Below are positions 1-31,206 of a stretch of DNA of 52,637 bases, piece after piece. Source of the DNA: Chromera velia (taxonomy: Eukaryota); assembly GCA_018398765.1 (NCBI GenBank), contig JAHBMJ010000250.1, positions 1 to 52,637 on the forward strand. Direction: 5' to 3'. The notes under the pieces were generated by a model that saw nothing but the letters and a program-made list of their open reading frames with translations, did no database searches and was not told where the DNA came from. Position numbers and translations under genes: made by a program. The first letter of the stretch is position 1; each line of letters begins with the position of its first letter.

Positions 1-581
1 CATACATCCTCATTCGGCGCTTCAAGGCCGGTTCAAGTTTATTGATGTATACGTACGCATATACAAAAGTATATATACGCGTACGAATATTTATTTTTCA
101 ATCAAATTCCAATACAGACGAAAAGGGCCCCGGCGTTCCCTGCTGATCCCGCGCGCAGCTGGGCCCCGACGCCCCTATTGTAGACTTAGCTCCGCGGCCG
201 CCCTCCGCGAACCGGGGCGCCATATAGGCTGCCTGGCAGCCAGAGAATACCAGAGATGCATGAGCCTTGATTCAATTGTTTGCCTATGTTTGTCCCTCAG
301 TACACTGCTGATTTGTGCTCCAAAGATTACAATTCAAACGACAAGCGATCTATGAGTTACGTTGCTTTCACCAACCAAACACAGACTTGCCGAAAGCCTC
401 TTGAGATCTCACTAGACTTACCCGTCTCCGGAGAATCCACAAGTGACCATTTGTGCGTTCAGTCTGCATCCCACTCGGGCAGATCGGTTGTGTTATTTTC
501 CAGGTGCGTCTGTGTTGACAGCACGGACAGAAGACGAAGTGGAGAGATTTGACCCTTGGATCTTGACGTGGCACTCTGAAG

Positions 582-800
582 ATGTCTGCCCTGTTCAATT
601 TTCAGGGCATGCTCACAGTTGTGTTGCTTGCCATCTGCACCTGCGCTTATCTTCGGCCAAGATTTCCGTCGTTTATCGACCCGAAGAGGAAGGGCTTTCC
701 GGGGACGCTTGGAAAGTTCGCAGTCATTGGGGACCGTCTCAGTCCGTGGGTGGCGACGGCCTGTATAATAATGGCGTTTACCACGTTATTTGTACGATGA
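582..800 (+). CDS. TMEM167: Protein kish (TMEM167 family), small Golgi membrane protein, single coding exon
   Basis: The 72-aa [32 protein letters not shown]...[25 protein letters not shown] matches the kish signature (MSALFNF..LL.V.LL.ICTC.Y.R....IG.RLSP.V...C..MA) over its full length. Confidence 0.95.
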   Translation: MSALFNFQGMLTVVLLAICTCAYLRPRFPSFIDPKRKGFPGTLGKFAVIGDRLSPWVATACIIMAFTTLFVR

Positions 801-1114
801 CAGCGACGGAGTGGCGGGAATGTTGTGGCGTCGCTCTTGGTGCACCCAGCCAAACCTGCCTGGGAGGGAGAGACCAGAGGCCCCGGTATGATGGACGACC
901 TTGAGGGGTGTGTGTGGTGAAATTCGGTGTGGGAGAAGGAGCGACGTCTAGATTTTGTAGCGGAGTAAATCAGACGAGAGACGGAAATAAGATCTTCATG
1001 GCAGAGACCTCTTCAAGAGACTTTCGTGTTTGTTGAATGTCTTCAACCCTAGTTTGATCTCTGTCAACGAAATGTCTGCAATGCCCCTCCGCCTAAGCCT
1101 TTCACGTTCTTTGT

Positions 1115-1422
1115 TGCCGGACTTTCTTCAATCCCTCTCCCGCTCAATCTTTCGTTTTTCTTGACCTCGGAATCTTTTCAATCTCCCCCCTGCTCAATGT
1201 TCCTCTTTCTTTTGCGCGTGGAATCTTTTGAATCCTCTTCTGCTCAGTCATTCTCGTTTTTATTGTCTGTGGACTCTCTTCAATCTCCCTCTTGTTCAGT
1301 GTTTCTCTTTCTTTTGCGCGTGGAATCTTTTCAATGTTCTGCTGCTCAGTCTTTCTCTCTTTTTTTTGGTCTGTGGACTCTCTTCAATCTTTCTCCTGTT
1401 CAGTTTTTCTCTCCTCTCCCCT
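1115..1422. repeat. Degenerate ~51-nt tandem repeat, about 6 copies
   Basis: Units start near 1117, 1167, 1218, 1269, 1320 and 1373 (gtggaatcttttcaat.../gtggactctcttcaatct...), and the later units alternate between two subtypes. Confidence 0.85.
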
Positions 1423-1774
1423 GATTAGATTAAAGAACACCGAAACAGGTTCCAAAACAGCAAAAGAAAATCATGAAGAAGGAATGTGAATGACAGTCCT
1501 TCCAACAGTGGTTGTCCACTGGTTGAAATCGAACGGATCGATGCCCCCTGTGGCAACCGGCCGCAACCCTCCCCATGTGGAAAGGTCCGCTTCAGTCAAA
1601 GTCAGAACTCATCACCGAGCGGTCCCAGCCTTTTTCAAGAGAACAAGAGACTGCGGACAAATCTGGTTTCTCTGCTAGTTTCTCTCTTGCTACTTCTGTT
1701 GATGGCAACTTGATGCCTCTTCTTGTTTTGTTCTGCTTTATTCACCCCTTCGTCTCCCATCCCTGCAAGAATGA

Positions 1775-1912
1775 GTGAATTTATAAATGAATTTAAGTGA
1801 ATTTAGATGAATTTACGTGAACTTAAACAGTGAATTTAGATGAATTTAAGTGAATTTACAAGTAAATTTTGAGGCTAAATTCACTATGAATTTAAATTTC
1901 TAAATTCATTTC
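1775..1912. repeat. TGAATTTA short-unit array followed by inverted copies
   Basis: About 9 direct copies of (g/a)tgaattta from 1775 to 1870, then taaattca inverted copies at about 1877 and 1901. Confidence 0.85.
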
Positions 1913-2474
1913 AAAATAAAATTAATTATAATGGAAAATACTTGGAATAAGCTTTTAAAAGCTAGTCACGCTGCTAATGCTTCCTTCTAGGCACTTTAAG
2001 CCCGCTTTGTACACCAATTTTTAGCTTTATAGTTAAGTTTATACGCCATATAGATCTTGAGATACATACCACTGGCCATTTTAAAAATGGCTAGTTGACT
2101 TTCCAAAATGGCCAGTAAAAATGGACAGTTGACTGGCCATCATTAGCCATTTCAACAGTCGATTTTATAGGGTTAAGCTTGATAATATTTTGATAATAAA
2201 CTTTTATTCAATCTTGTATCATGCATTTTTTACACGGTGATTTTACTTTTATTTCTCAATGAATCTAAAGCTTTGATTAATTAATTGCATGATTGATTTA
2301 AGCTCAGAAAAAGTTTAGAAAAAGGTGCATAAAGTGCTGATCTAGCTGGTAGTGCTGGTATAAAAAGAACTTTATGCTAGACTTTGCGCCTTACATTATA
2401 CGAAAATCTAGGCGTGATCTGTATATATATTTTTATATTATATTTTCAATTTTAAAAATATATCTATCTATCTG

Positions 2475-2522
<48 letters not shown>

Positions 2523-3158
2523 ATATCTATGTCACTTCTTCAATGTATAAACAGCTTTTCACTTCATTGGTTCACCAAAGAACCTTTCTTGAAGAACGTT
2601 TTCATTAACATAGTCTTACCTCATATATTTTTTCTATATATTTTTTCCTGTGCATATATTATATTATGGCCCAATTTATGGGTTATAAAAAATATATCTA
2701 AAGATATGTATATCTACAAATCACGCTTAGACTAAAATTACGGACCTTCCTGAACGTACGTAGTAGCTACTACTTGAAAGTTCATACTGCATTTTTAGAT
2801 AAGCTTGAAAGTCCGTGCTGCAGGCGTGGATCATTTATGGTGTCTTGAAAGCTAAAGCCGCATATGTGAACGGTGTTTTGACTATCTACGCTGCAGGCAT
2901 AGACAGTCTCTTAAAAAACGATACCGCAGATAGAGATCGATTATCTTGATTATATTTTTTAAGTGGCACTTAGGTTTAGGGAGGTTAAATTACGTATACG
3001 TCCAAAACAAATGCTTATATTTAATAATATATTAAGATAATCATAAAATTATGTACGTGCAAAACAAATGCCTAAACAAATGCAAGATAACGTGTGCTGT
3101 TTAATTAATTGATAACATAGAATGATAGACATAGCGGGAAGGCCCTAGGGTGGAACAT

Positions 3159-3190
<32 letters not shown>

Positions 3191-4069
3191 GATATAGAAT
3201 TTTATGTTCCGGGGATCCATGCGGTCTATTCAAGACCCGCGAATCTAGGGTCCATTCAGTGGAAACCTTTCCGTAAAAACACTTCCAAACGGCGCTGGTT
3301 TCTACGGGTTTCAAATTTCTAGGTCGTATCTTGCACTAAATGGAATTTTAAAACTTCTCCACCGGATCAATCGATCGACACAAGTAGACGTTTACACCTA
3401 TATTCTACTACTTTGCAGAGCAATACTTTTCCTGTTTTGACTTGCTTCCTGATACCTTTGCAAAAAGCATCAACACCTGTCAAACCACACAAAAGGAGTG
3501 CCTGACGAAATCACCCATGGTTCTGAGTAACGCAGGCTACTAGCGCTGGAAGTGAGAGGAGAACTGGATGCAACGCAACACCGACAGCGGCTGTGTGCAT
3601 CGTGATTCTCCGTTTTCCCCGGCCGGCCCCACCGCCCCCCGGGCCCGCAGCGGTACGTCGGAGTCACTAGCTCGGACGGACCCTTCTACCCCTGGCAGTT
3701 GGAGCTAGCTCACTCGTCAGGGCCTCCGGCCCCTGTATCGATCCATCAGGCCCCCGGCCGGCCACTTTTCTGCATATGCAAGAAAGAAAGCAGCCCCTCG
3801 CTCTACCTTAATTCTCCTTGCTTCTTCTCGGTACCTGCATGCATCACAATTAAGGGGTGCAGGCAGAAGCCATCTTGCGGGTTCTTAGATCACTGACAGG
3901 CAGGCACTTATGCGGGCAGACAGGACAGGTGATCAGAACACGCAGACAGAGCGGAGTGCGGTGGACCCCCCGCAGTTCCATTCCGCAGCTCGATCATCTC
4001 TCGTGTCCGGCTCGATGGTTGAAGGCGTCGTCGTGTCTCGCATGCAGGCAGAAGGGACACAGCAAGGAG

Positions 4070-4311
4070 NNNNNNNNNNNNNNNNNNNNNNNNNNNNNNN
4101 NNNNNNNNNNNNNNNNNNNNNNNNNNNNNNNNNNNNNNNNNNNNNNNNNNNNNNNNNNNNNNNNNNNNNNNNNNNNNNNNNNNNNNNNNNNNNNNNNNNN
4201 NNNNNNNNNNNNNNNNNNNNNNNNNNNNNNNNNNNNNNNNNNNNNNNNNNNNNNNNNNNNNNNNNNNNNNNNNNNNNNNNNNNNNNNNNNNNNNNNNNNN
4301 NNNNNNNNNNN
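4070..4311. other. Assembly gap (N run)
   Basis: Run of n characters. Confidence 1.
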
Positions 4312-6539
4312 GGGGGGGGGGGGGGAACACAATGTGAGAGGACAAAACGCTATAGACAGAACGGAAAAGGCGGATCGCACAATCTTCCTCTAGGTCTCCA
4401 GCAGTGCATGGTACGTCTGAAAAACAATTATCAATGAGAATATGAACAAAGATGAAAGAACATCTGGAAGAAAGGGGCAGAAAACAAAGTTTGGGCGAGG
4501 CAGGGCACGCGGTGGGTGCATCCATTCTTCAACTTTCCGAAGGAGTATCGATCAGTCGTTTTCATTGTCATACAGTAACTTCAGAAAGTTTTCAATTGAC
4601 TTCCTGCTACAGGTTGAAGTGCAGCAATTGTCAATCAAAAGCCCGTGCATGCAGAGCGACGAGGGACTGTTGCGGAATGTGTGAGGTCCACCAGTCAGTG
4701 GAAGTCGTTCGTTCAACACCATCCATTCCCTCATGCAATTTGCTAATATAATCAACACAAGCGAAGCGCAGGCACGAGAAACGAGCTAACCGAAGTGACC
4801 CCCAGAAGTAAAGCTGCGTGGTTTTTCCGAGTCACAACAGCAGAGGTACGTCCAGTCCTCGTCTCGTTTCTCTGCATGGTTGAGCAACAATCAGCTGTAT
4901 GCGCAAATTTCAAACTCACTCTTTCTCTGCATTCCCTGTATGAGCGATTTCTGACAGAATACAAATACAAACGAAGCTCTACTAAAGGCGGCTGGGAAAA
5001 CCAAAAAACGGGGGACCAAAAGCCGCCGGGCCACAGTCTGAACCCGCAGATCGAACTGCTCAACTTTTGTTGCGCTGGACATGCTTGATGAAAAGCGAAA
5101 AGATCTGCGCAAAGCCCATCTCAAACAGGAGTTAAGAAGAAAATTGTGAGATGCATGAAGAGAAGGCATGTGCTCACCTGGTGTCGGCGGGTAGCCTTCG
5201 ACGAGAAGCCCCCCCCCTGCACCCCCCACCGCACTCCGCATGCAGCTCACGCACACAGCAAGAAAAGACAGCTTTCATTCGAGAAAGAGGAAAGACAGAC
5301 AAGAAAAGGGAAACAAGAGCATGTAGAAAAGAGTTCCAGAGCATGCATGCGAGTGAGAGAGAAAGGAAGAAAAGTGGATTGTCGACCTTGCAAGTGGCTA
5401 CCTTCTCTGACGGCATCCTGGGGGAATTCGCGAAGGGAAGCAGTCATCCGATGCAGTTTCAGTGCTGCATGTGGGGGCAGGGCTGTCCCTCTTTCACGTT
5501 CCGCCTCTGTTGCATGGCCTTGCAGCACTGCATTTTGACTCTGCATGTGCAAAGACGTCGGCACATGCACATCTTGTCCCCCACTTCACATCTCTGCCCC
5601 CCCGCTCGGCGTAGACTCCGTTTGGGACGGTCTGGGGTGACTGAGGGGAGGCGGTAGGCCCTGCAGCACAGAATCGTTCCCCTCAATCGAAGTCTGCCTG
5701 GAGTTCTTTGAGGCCTGCCTGGAGACGGAGACAGGATTCACGTGCCTTCTTCGAAATCGTGCTGATCTCGTGTGTCCCTCTCCGCTGACTTCTTCTGTCT
5801 GCAGATCCTCCGTTGCCTTGTCAGCCTTCGGGTGACGGTGCTGCACGCATGGAGAGAAAGGTGAGGATCCATGCGCGCAGCTCACGTTTACTAACCTTAT
5901 TCATTTGTAGCGTCCCAAATGATGCCCACATGCCCTCAATTTGAATTATCTGCGAGGACTCCGAAAGCAAGATTATTTACTGCGAACAAAGAGACTGTAT
6001 ACTCGCACCAACCAATGGCATGCAACGCATGATGAAGCATGCAGGGATTTTTTCTGATCGGAAAAAAAAAGAAAGTGAGAGGCGTTGAGAAAAATGAAGT
6101 AGGTGAAAGCAAGGAAAAAGAGACAAGGGATTGCGTGTGCATGTCTATAGGTCCCCACCAGTAGGGGGCGTTGCAACCGAGGAGAATTACAGCAAACCCG
6201 AAGCAGAGACCAGCACAGTCCACCGTCAACCGTGTTGTGGTCTCGCGGGGCAGCGACTCTTCACACGGCGCTCGTTGATCCTCCAGTGCTCACCGCGTGG
6301 CCCCCGTGAAATGTGACCAAAAAGAGAGCTAGTACTTCAAGCCCACACACACGGACCTTAAGCCAGAGGTCCACTGAATCACAGAGGGGAGGTGGCCCCC
6401 TTTATGAAACAGTGGACAAGCTAGAATACCAACTGGCATTGACCGTCAGAGGATCGAATCGATCAACTGCATTAACAATCAAAGGAAAGGGAGCACGAAC
6501 GAGCGAAAACAAAAAAACACGAGTAGGTGCAAACTCACC

Positions 6540-7240
6540 GGATTCTTAGCCTTTGCACGCGCAGTGCTCTCTGTCGCGCCAGATTGTAAGAGCGACTGGA
6601 GGGGAAGATGCCGTTGCAGGAGTCGACCGTGCTCATAATTCCATCCCCCTCCTGCATACATATACTTAAATTAGCAGAGGTAGAATAACAAAGCACAGCA
6701 GCATGGAATCGAGGAACCAACAGCGTACACAAAAATCCAAATCGACCAGTGATCTAAGGGAGAGAGTCAGATAGTTAGTTCAATGAAAAGAGAGAGACAC
6801 AATTGCTAGCCCACTTGCATAGGCACTCGCATCAACTCACACATTCCTAGAGGCGTACGCACCTCTTTCACACGCACCCACAGACACGCGCAGAAAGAAA
6901 TGCACGAGCAAAAAATCGATCACAGAAGAAAGAGCAGGAAACACGCCAGAGACGAGAGGACGGACCCAAAAACACAGTCATGGACTAACTCACTGACTGA
7001 CTTACTGACCCGTGCCCTCATCGAGGTAGCTTGCACGTCCCCGTTCGTCTTCAACCACTTGCTTGGCTTTCTGATAGAATTCTGAACAGCTCATCTGAAG
7101 GAGCCATTGAGCAGACTTGTTCTTGTAGAAGCTTGTATTGGCATCGAGAAAATGTCTGCACGTACTCACGCACGGGAGGCCGGTACGAGGTTCCCAAATC
7201 AAAACAGAATACTAAAGCAGGCGCGCATTGCCAGAGAGAC

Positions 7241-7304
<64 letters not shown>

Positions 7305-7352
7305 TATTAACAGACTATATGTTTCTTCTTCTCCCTTCTTTTCTTGACAGCC

Positions 7353-7384
<32 letters not shown>

Positions 7385-7415
7385 TATATGTTTCTTCTTC
7401 TTCTCCCTCTTTTTC

Positions 7416-7484
<69 letters not shown>

Positions 7485-7485
7485 G

Positions 7486-7522
<37 letters not shown>

Positions 7523-7527
7523 CACAT

Positions 7528-7561
<34 letters not shown>

Positions 7562-9540
7562 GCCTTGATGCAAACTTTGAGGATAGGCGGAGAAGCGGGT
7601 ACGTTTGTAAGACAAAAAAACAGATAGACAGATGAAAGAAATGGTCTCCTGTACGTATGACGCACGCACGAAGAGGGCGTGCGTGAGGAGGACGAAGACC
7701 CCCCAAATTGTTTCGTTCTTACTGACTGCACCTCGATCAGTCTGGAATCACTGACGCACGCACTCACAAACTGCATGCGCCCATTGGAAAGTGAATGAAT
7801 GAATCAGGGCACGCAGTCCTGGAGGTGACAATTAACGATAAACACACAGCAAGCCGTTTTCTCAACTTTTGTCCCGCCTCTTTGCACGGTCCGCTTACAG
7901 TAGTCACTCACTGACTCACACACCCACATACTCACTCACACACCCACTCACTCAATCACTCACTCTTCCAAGTCGCAGAAGTACAGCCCCCTTTCCTTCT
8001 GGTACCACACGCAGACGTCCTCTTGGTCGATGCTGTGCTTCTTTACCTGAACGTTCGTTCATTCAGCACATACAAAAGGGACACGGTGAACAGACGACGA
8101 TCGAGTTGAAAAGTGTATTCATGATCTGAAGCGATACAAGTGAGAGAGACGCCTTCTTGCTGAGAAAGAAAAAGTCTGATCGATCACCTCAACAGACACA
8201 GAGAGATGAAGAGGCAGGCAGATAAAAACGCGGGCTAAAGGGGGGCGGAAAGGGTTGAAGAGAAATGACGAAGACCCGTCTGCGCATTCTGGACAGAATA
8301 TTGACATTCGATATTTTTCGACCAAAGCACTCAACAGAGCTTATTCAATTTGTCTTGCTTGCTCACATTCCTTTTGAATCGAGCAATGGCGACTTGGAAG
8401 AGACTGGACTTGTCGGTCTTGTTCTTGCACCTGCAGCAGCAACAGTAGCAGCAGAATGTCATTAAACTATCCAGAGAGAAACAGAAAGAACGAATGAAGC
8501 TTTACTGAAGCATGTTCACTTGCATTCGCTGACTGTGGCTTTGTCTGCCTCTTCCACAAAGGAAAACATGCACGTGGCACTGCACGGAAAGCAAGGCTTA
8601 GCGCAGAAGGGACGCAAAATGGGAAGGAGACCCAGTGGAAGCGAAAAACGAGTCGGCGAGAACGCACTGCGTGCGGTGAACAGTTTTCCATTCCCGAAAT
8701 GGCGATACACACAACATACATACATGCATGCAGAGAGAGAAGAGAGAGAATTGAAGAGAGAGGGAGAGCTAAATCGAGAAGAAGCCAGGGAGAGAGAAAG
8801 AAAGCCCAAGTCCGCACGCACACATTCAATCACTAGCCTGTCCAGGTAAGCGAACAGCTTCTGCATCCAGTAGATGAGGACCGTGTACTTTCTCCACTCG
8901 TTCGTGAACTCAGCCACCAGGACGCGAGCGCTTCCTCCTGCAGAGAAACGTACAAAGAGAGGGTGACAAATCAAGATTAATGCCCACACAAACACTTCTG
9001 CCGCAAAAGGGGATCTTGAACCAAAGATTCGATCCTCCAAGAAATCTAGTGTCCTCAGTAACAAAAAGATAGTTAGTTGTATTCGCTACATGTTTTGGGG
9101 AGTTTTTCTGTATTCTTCCCTTTTCTCGTACGCCCTTGATCATTCAGTTCTACCTGCTGTTTCAATTTTCCTTTACGAACTCCCCGTCAAACCATCCCTC
9201 TGCCAGACCCCAACCTCAGCTTCTCCCTACATCTCTCTTCTCGCGTGTGCAAGTGCCTTGGTTGCTCAATGAAGGCGCCTTTTCTGCCTCTCTCCCACCC
9301 TCCTCAGTTCTTTTCCGTACCAGGTCCTGCCAATTGGCTCAGCCGGTCCTTCATTTCTCTGAGGAAGTCGTTTATCGTTTTCTTGTAGAGGCACATGAGA
9401 GAGTCCACCCCTGCAGAAGGGTTCTCGCCTCTTCTCTGTGCGAAGTGAATTAACGACAACTGCCGGCGGAAATCATCCGGCAAAAGAGAAAGGGGGGATT
9501 TCCATGCATACACAGGCTCATACACACACGGATTCCATCC
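6540..9540 (-). pseudogene. Cullin-like gene: N-terminal cullin repeats only, fragmentary or degenerate; true extent uncertain
   Basis: Exons 9410-9321 (VDSLMCLYKKTINDFLREMKDRLSQLAGP) and 8937-8838 (GSARVLVAEFTNEWRKYTVLIYWMQKLFAYLDR) join in phase. Exon 7155-7010 (HFLDANTSFYKNKSAQWLLQMSCSEFYQKAKQVVEDERGRASYLD) resembles the cullin motifs 'W......W....F.YLDR' and 'FL..T..FY......WL...SC..Y..KA...L..E..R..YL'. No cullin-homology or neddylation domain is recognisable. Confidence 0.6.
7232..7561. repeat. Compound microsatellite (GA)n/(GACA)n/(CA)n with a duplicated spacer
   Basis: Long GACA and GA tracts; cagactatatgtttcttcttc...ctccct occurs twice (about 7311 and 7380). Confidence 0.95.
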
Positions 9541-10401
9541 CTGCAAGAAAGTGGGAAGCAGCAGAAATACACACAAAGAGCGGGGAACGTAGGCATGAGC
9601 ACGCAGCAGTGAAACCAAGGCGAGAGGTACAAAACAACACATGTGCGTACAAAACAACACATGTGCATTCGGAGGATGTCTCTTTCGACAGAACACCGGC
9701 CGGCCTAAAGAGAATGCGTGTTCACACTCTCCCAGGCACGTACGCACTCAAGTACCCACAGGCAGGCAGAGAGAAAGGGAAGAGATGGGGACACAAAGAG
9801 GAACTGCAACATGCTAATGCTATCGGCACAAACTCAGTCTGAGTTTGCACAGAACTGACTGTCCTTCTGGACGTACAAGAACCAATCACAAGCATCTCTG
9901 TCACGATGTCATTGTGGGAAGTTCCCAAGCTCGATGGGGGGCTGTCCAGCCTGCATGTCGTCTCTGATTGCCGAATCACCTCGAGATTTTGCGAGCGCGC
10001 CCCCGGCACGACTTTTTGCATACGACATATGCATAACCGAATGTCATTGGAAGAAACTCTCCGATATAAGTCTTCGGATCAGAAACACACGTGCCCCAAC
10101 TGTCACCAGCTAAGTCTTTGTATCGATCAGCCGGCATCCACCAGGCCTCAGAAGCAGAACTACGTTGACGGCTTTGCATTTCGTGCAACCTTGGCCCCGG
10201 AGGGCGGAGCGTGCATGCATGCATTAGGTAATCTCAATCATAAATAGACATCGTAGGGACTTTCTATAGAGAAAAAAACAACAAATCTCTAAAAAAATAG
10301 ATAGAAATCAGCCACACAAGTATAAATTTTATTTTAAATAGAGAACTCAGTAATGACCCACAAAAAGTATAAAAACACTCAAATGTCTGTTATTTTCTAA
10401 A

Positions 10402-11274
10402 TTAAGTCTCTGCACGAGCTTCTGCACGGGCAGCGCACTGACCATCTTGCAGGCACCTGACGTTTCTGGGGTCTCTTCGGCAGATGTCACATGCATTGCG
10501 AGGCCGTCCAACGTCTCTACGGGGAGGCAAAGGGGGAAGAACAACCGAACAACTTCTTGCACCGCCACACTCTTTTACACACCCCCCACAACGAAAACAG
10601 CGGCCACACACATGCGCCCACAACAGGGGCAATCCATAGAGCCATGTTCCATCCTCATCGACCATCCGAGCCTTCCACTCGGGCCCATAGGTAAAAACGA
10701 GACCTCTCATGGTCTCTTCTTCTAGCTTCTCCATCTCCCCCCTTCCTATGAATGCGCCCCGCACTTGGATTTTCTTGAAAGAACGGGTCCATTTCATAAT
10801 CCGCCCTCTCGCATATTCTATTGCATAAAGAGCACCTGTGAAATCAGCCTCCACTTCGTAGGAGACCGTCTGTGATTTCACAACATCCACCACATACACC
10901 CTCACGCTGCTTCTGTCTAAACAAGACAGCCACGGTGTCCCTTTCCCTGGCTCTGACGAGAAATGAAAGAAAAAACCTTTCGGTTTTCCCAAACCGAACA
11001 CACGAGCAGCAGCAATCTATTTAGCTTTCTTTCCTCCATCCCGTGGGCCTGCCGTTTCCGTTCCACACCATATCCGGAGAGTTTCTCCAGGCGACGTCAC
11101 TCCCAGCAACACATAATTTACGTGATCGTCTCGGACTACCTTCTGGCTTCCCACTTCTACATCTCTTTCTCTCAAAACGCGTTCAACTTCTTCCCTCTCT
11201 ACCCAGTCACATGTTCCTGCACTTACCCGCTGCCAACTTTCATAGAGTAAAGGAGGTAGAGGACGAGCCATCAT
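10402..11274 (-). pseudogene. Intronless ~290-codon ORF of unknown function interrupted by one in-frame TAG; Cys-rich C terminus
   Basis: ORFs 11274-11017 and 11001-10402 are in the same frame (…KKAK*IAAARVFGLG…). The C terminus has CxxC motifs (CGRC, CGGC, CDIC). Confidence 0.55.
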
Positions 11275-13213
11275 CTGGTGGCGTAGCCGCCCCCCTGCTC
11301 CAGGCTTTTCTACACGCCAAACAGAAATGAAAAGATAAAAAATATCGCCATTTTAGCCTGAAAACAGTACGAATCGCATCGGAAAATTATCACAATCTCA
11401 GATCTGGTCTTCGTTTTGAATGTCGTAGCTTCTGTGCCACTTTTTATTTGAGATTGGTGGGGAAAAAGAAAAGAACAGAGAGTCTCAGAGACGGTGGCAA
11501 CAGATTGGTATCCGTGCGACTGCATGCATGTGCAATGTTCTATGACGCACGCACGCATATGCGCGCATGGCCAGGTCAGGCAGCCATCTGTCTACAGTCA
11601 CACTGTCCCATCCAAGCTCTCAAATGTCGCTTTATAAGTGAGATTACCTAATGCAAGGCTTGGATTGGCTTGGTCTTATATAATTAATTCTTAATTGGGG
11701 AAACAGCTCCGTGCGAGTGCAAAAAAAGTGGCCGGTAAGTGCCCCCCAAACACTGACGTCCCGGTGCGCGCACGAATTTAATCGATCTGGCCCCGCGGAG
11801 GGCTGACCTGGAATTCACTCATGCCCTCCGAGTCTTTAGAGATGCTGTGAAACTGGGAATACGGACAGTCAGTGAATGTATGCAGTGTGTATATAGTAGT
11901 ACATAGCTGCTATGAACTTAGTGAAATGAATTCCATCTTAAAGTTTCAGTTAGTATCTGGTGGTACGAGCAGACTATATGATATATGGAGTATTCGTTTG
12001 AAGGGCTTCCACTTAGAGCCACTTTGTTACACTATATACAGCTTCCTCACTGTAGCGCTGTACCGTATGTGTTCTTCACCGCGCCCCTTGAAAGATGCAC
12101 ATCCCGATCTATGCACCGGATAGAGCGTGATGCCCGGGCCTCCCAGCATAGTCCGGCACCGCGGCTGGCCAACGTTACGGCGACGTTAGGCGACATGCAT
12201 ACATGTACTATATGGTGTACATCGATACGTCATGCATGAATATGCGTGAACATGCATGCATGCAATGTGCGCAATACATTTAGAGTCATAGAATTTGGCT
12301 GATTTAATCTGATTTACAATGTTCAATCAGATGTTGCAAAAACACACAGACTTACAGTCTTGTTAAAACACGACCCGGTTTCATATTTCTGAGCTATTCG
12401 ATGTATATTTCAATAATTTTATAATATTTTAAACTTTGAATGATAATTATGTATGATGATAATTATATAGTTATATAGTAATATTCATAAACCATAACAT
12501 TTTGATATTGTACATCACACTATAAGGGTCTAATTCATATACTATAGTATTTTTAAAATATATTTAGAAATATATTAATATACTATACATTTTATATGTT
12601 ATGTAGTCTTTACTGCAGTCACCATCACGTACCATCACGGTTTGTACGACTACTGCAATGAAGCTTTTCACTCAAGCGTAGTTCATAAATATCATGTCTC
12701 GCATCCGTTTTGCGCGTTTCTACGGTGTCTTCGCCAGGGACCCCGGCCAAACCTTAACATCCGTATCTGAACCTAGATCTGATTTTTCAACACAAAGGGG
12801 GCAAAATCGACTCAAGCAAGCACAAAGGCAGTGACACAAACAGGGGCTGAATGGAATGTCTTCACTGGACAGCTGCGGTATTTCTCCAGTTCTCCCTCTC
12901 TGTCCCTCTCAGACCCCCCCAATTCCATCAGTGTGTTTTCCTTCCTCTCTCTCTGCATCCGTGCCGCAACTTTACTTCATCGGTGACTTTGCAACGCCCA
13001 CGTCCGCCCCGTGTAAACGGACAACTTCGAGTCCAACTCCTTCTTTCGACATTCTCATCCATCTTTTCTCTCTACACGGTACTTTCACTCACCGTCTCCC
13101 TATCTGTCTAACCACACCCGCCCCTCATTCTTCCACCCTCACTATCTGCCACCATCTGACCCCCCCACCTTCCCTCGCTTCCTCCTGCAAAGAATGAGGA
13201 AGAGAAGAGAAGA

Positions 13214-31206
<17,993 letters not shown>

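Noticed and set aside
1115..1422. CRISPR-like appearance of spaced repeats
   Set aside because: The units are degenerate along their whole length with no unique spacers, there are no cas genes, and the context is eukaryotic.
3857..4525. Long ORFs spanning 3.9-4.5 kb
   Set aside because: Their length is an artefact of the N gap.
7031..7776. ORFs with QTDR, SVCL or RERE repeats
   Set aside because: These are translations of (GACA)n and (GA)n microsatellites, not genes.
11950..12200. Stop-interrupted minus-strand frame in the intergenic region
   Set aside because: No recognisable motif; cannot be distinguished from random sequence.
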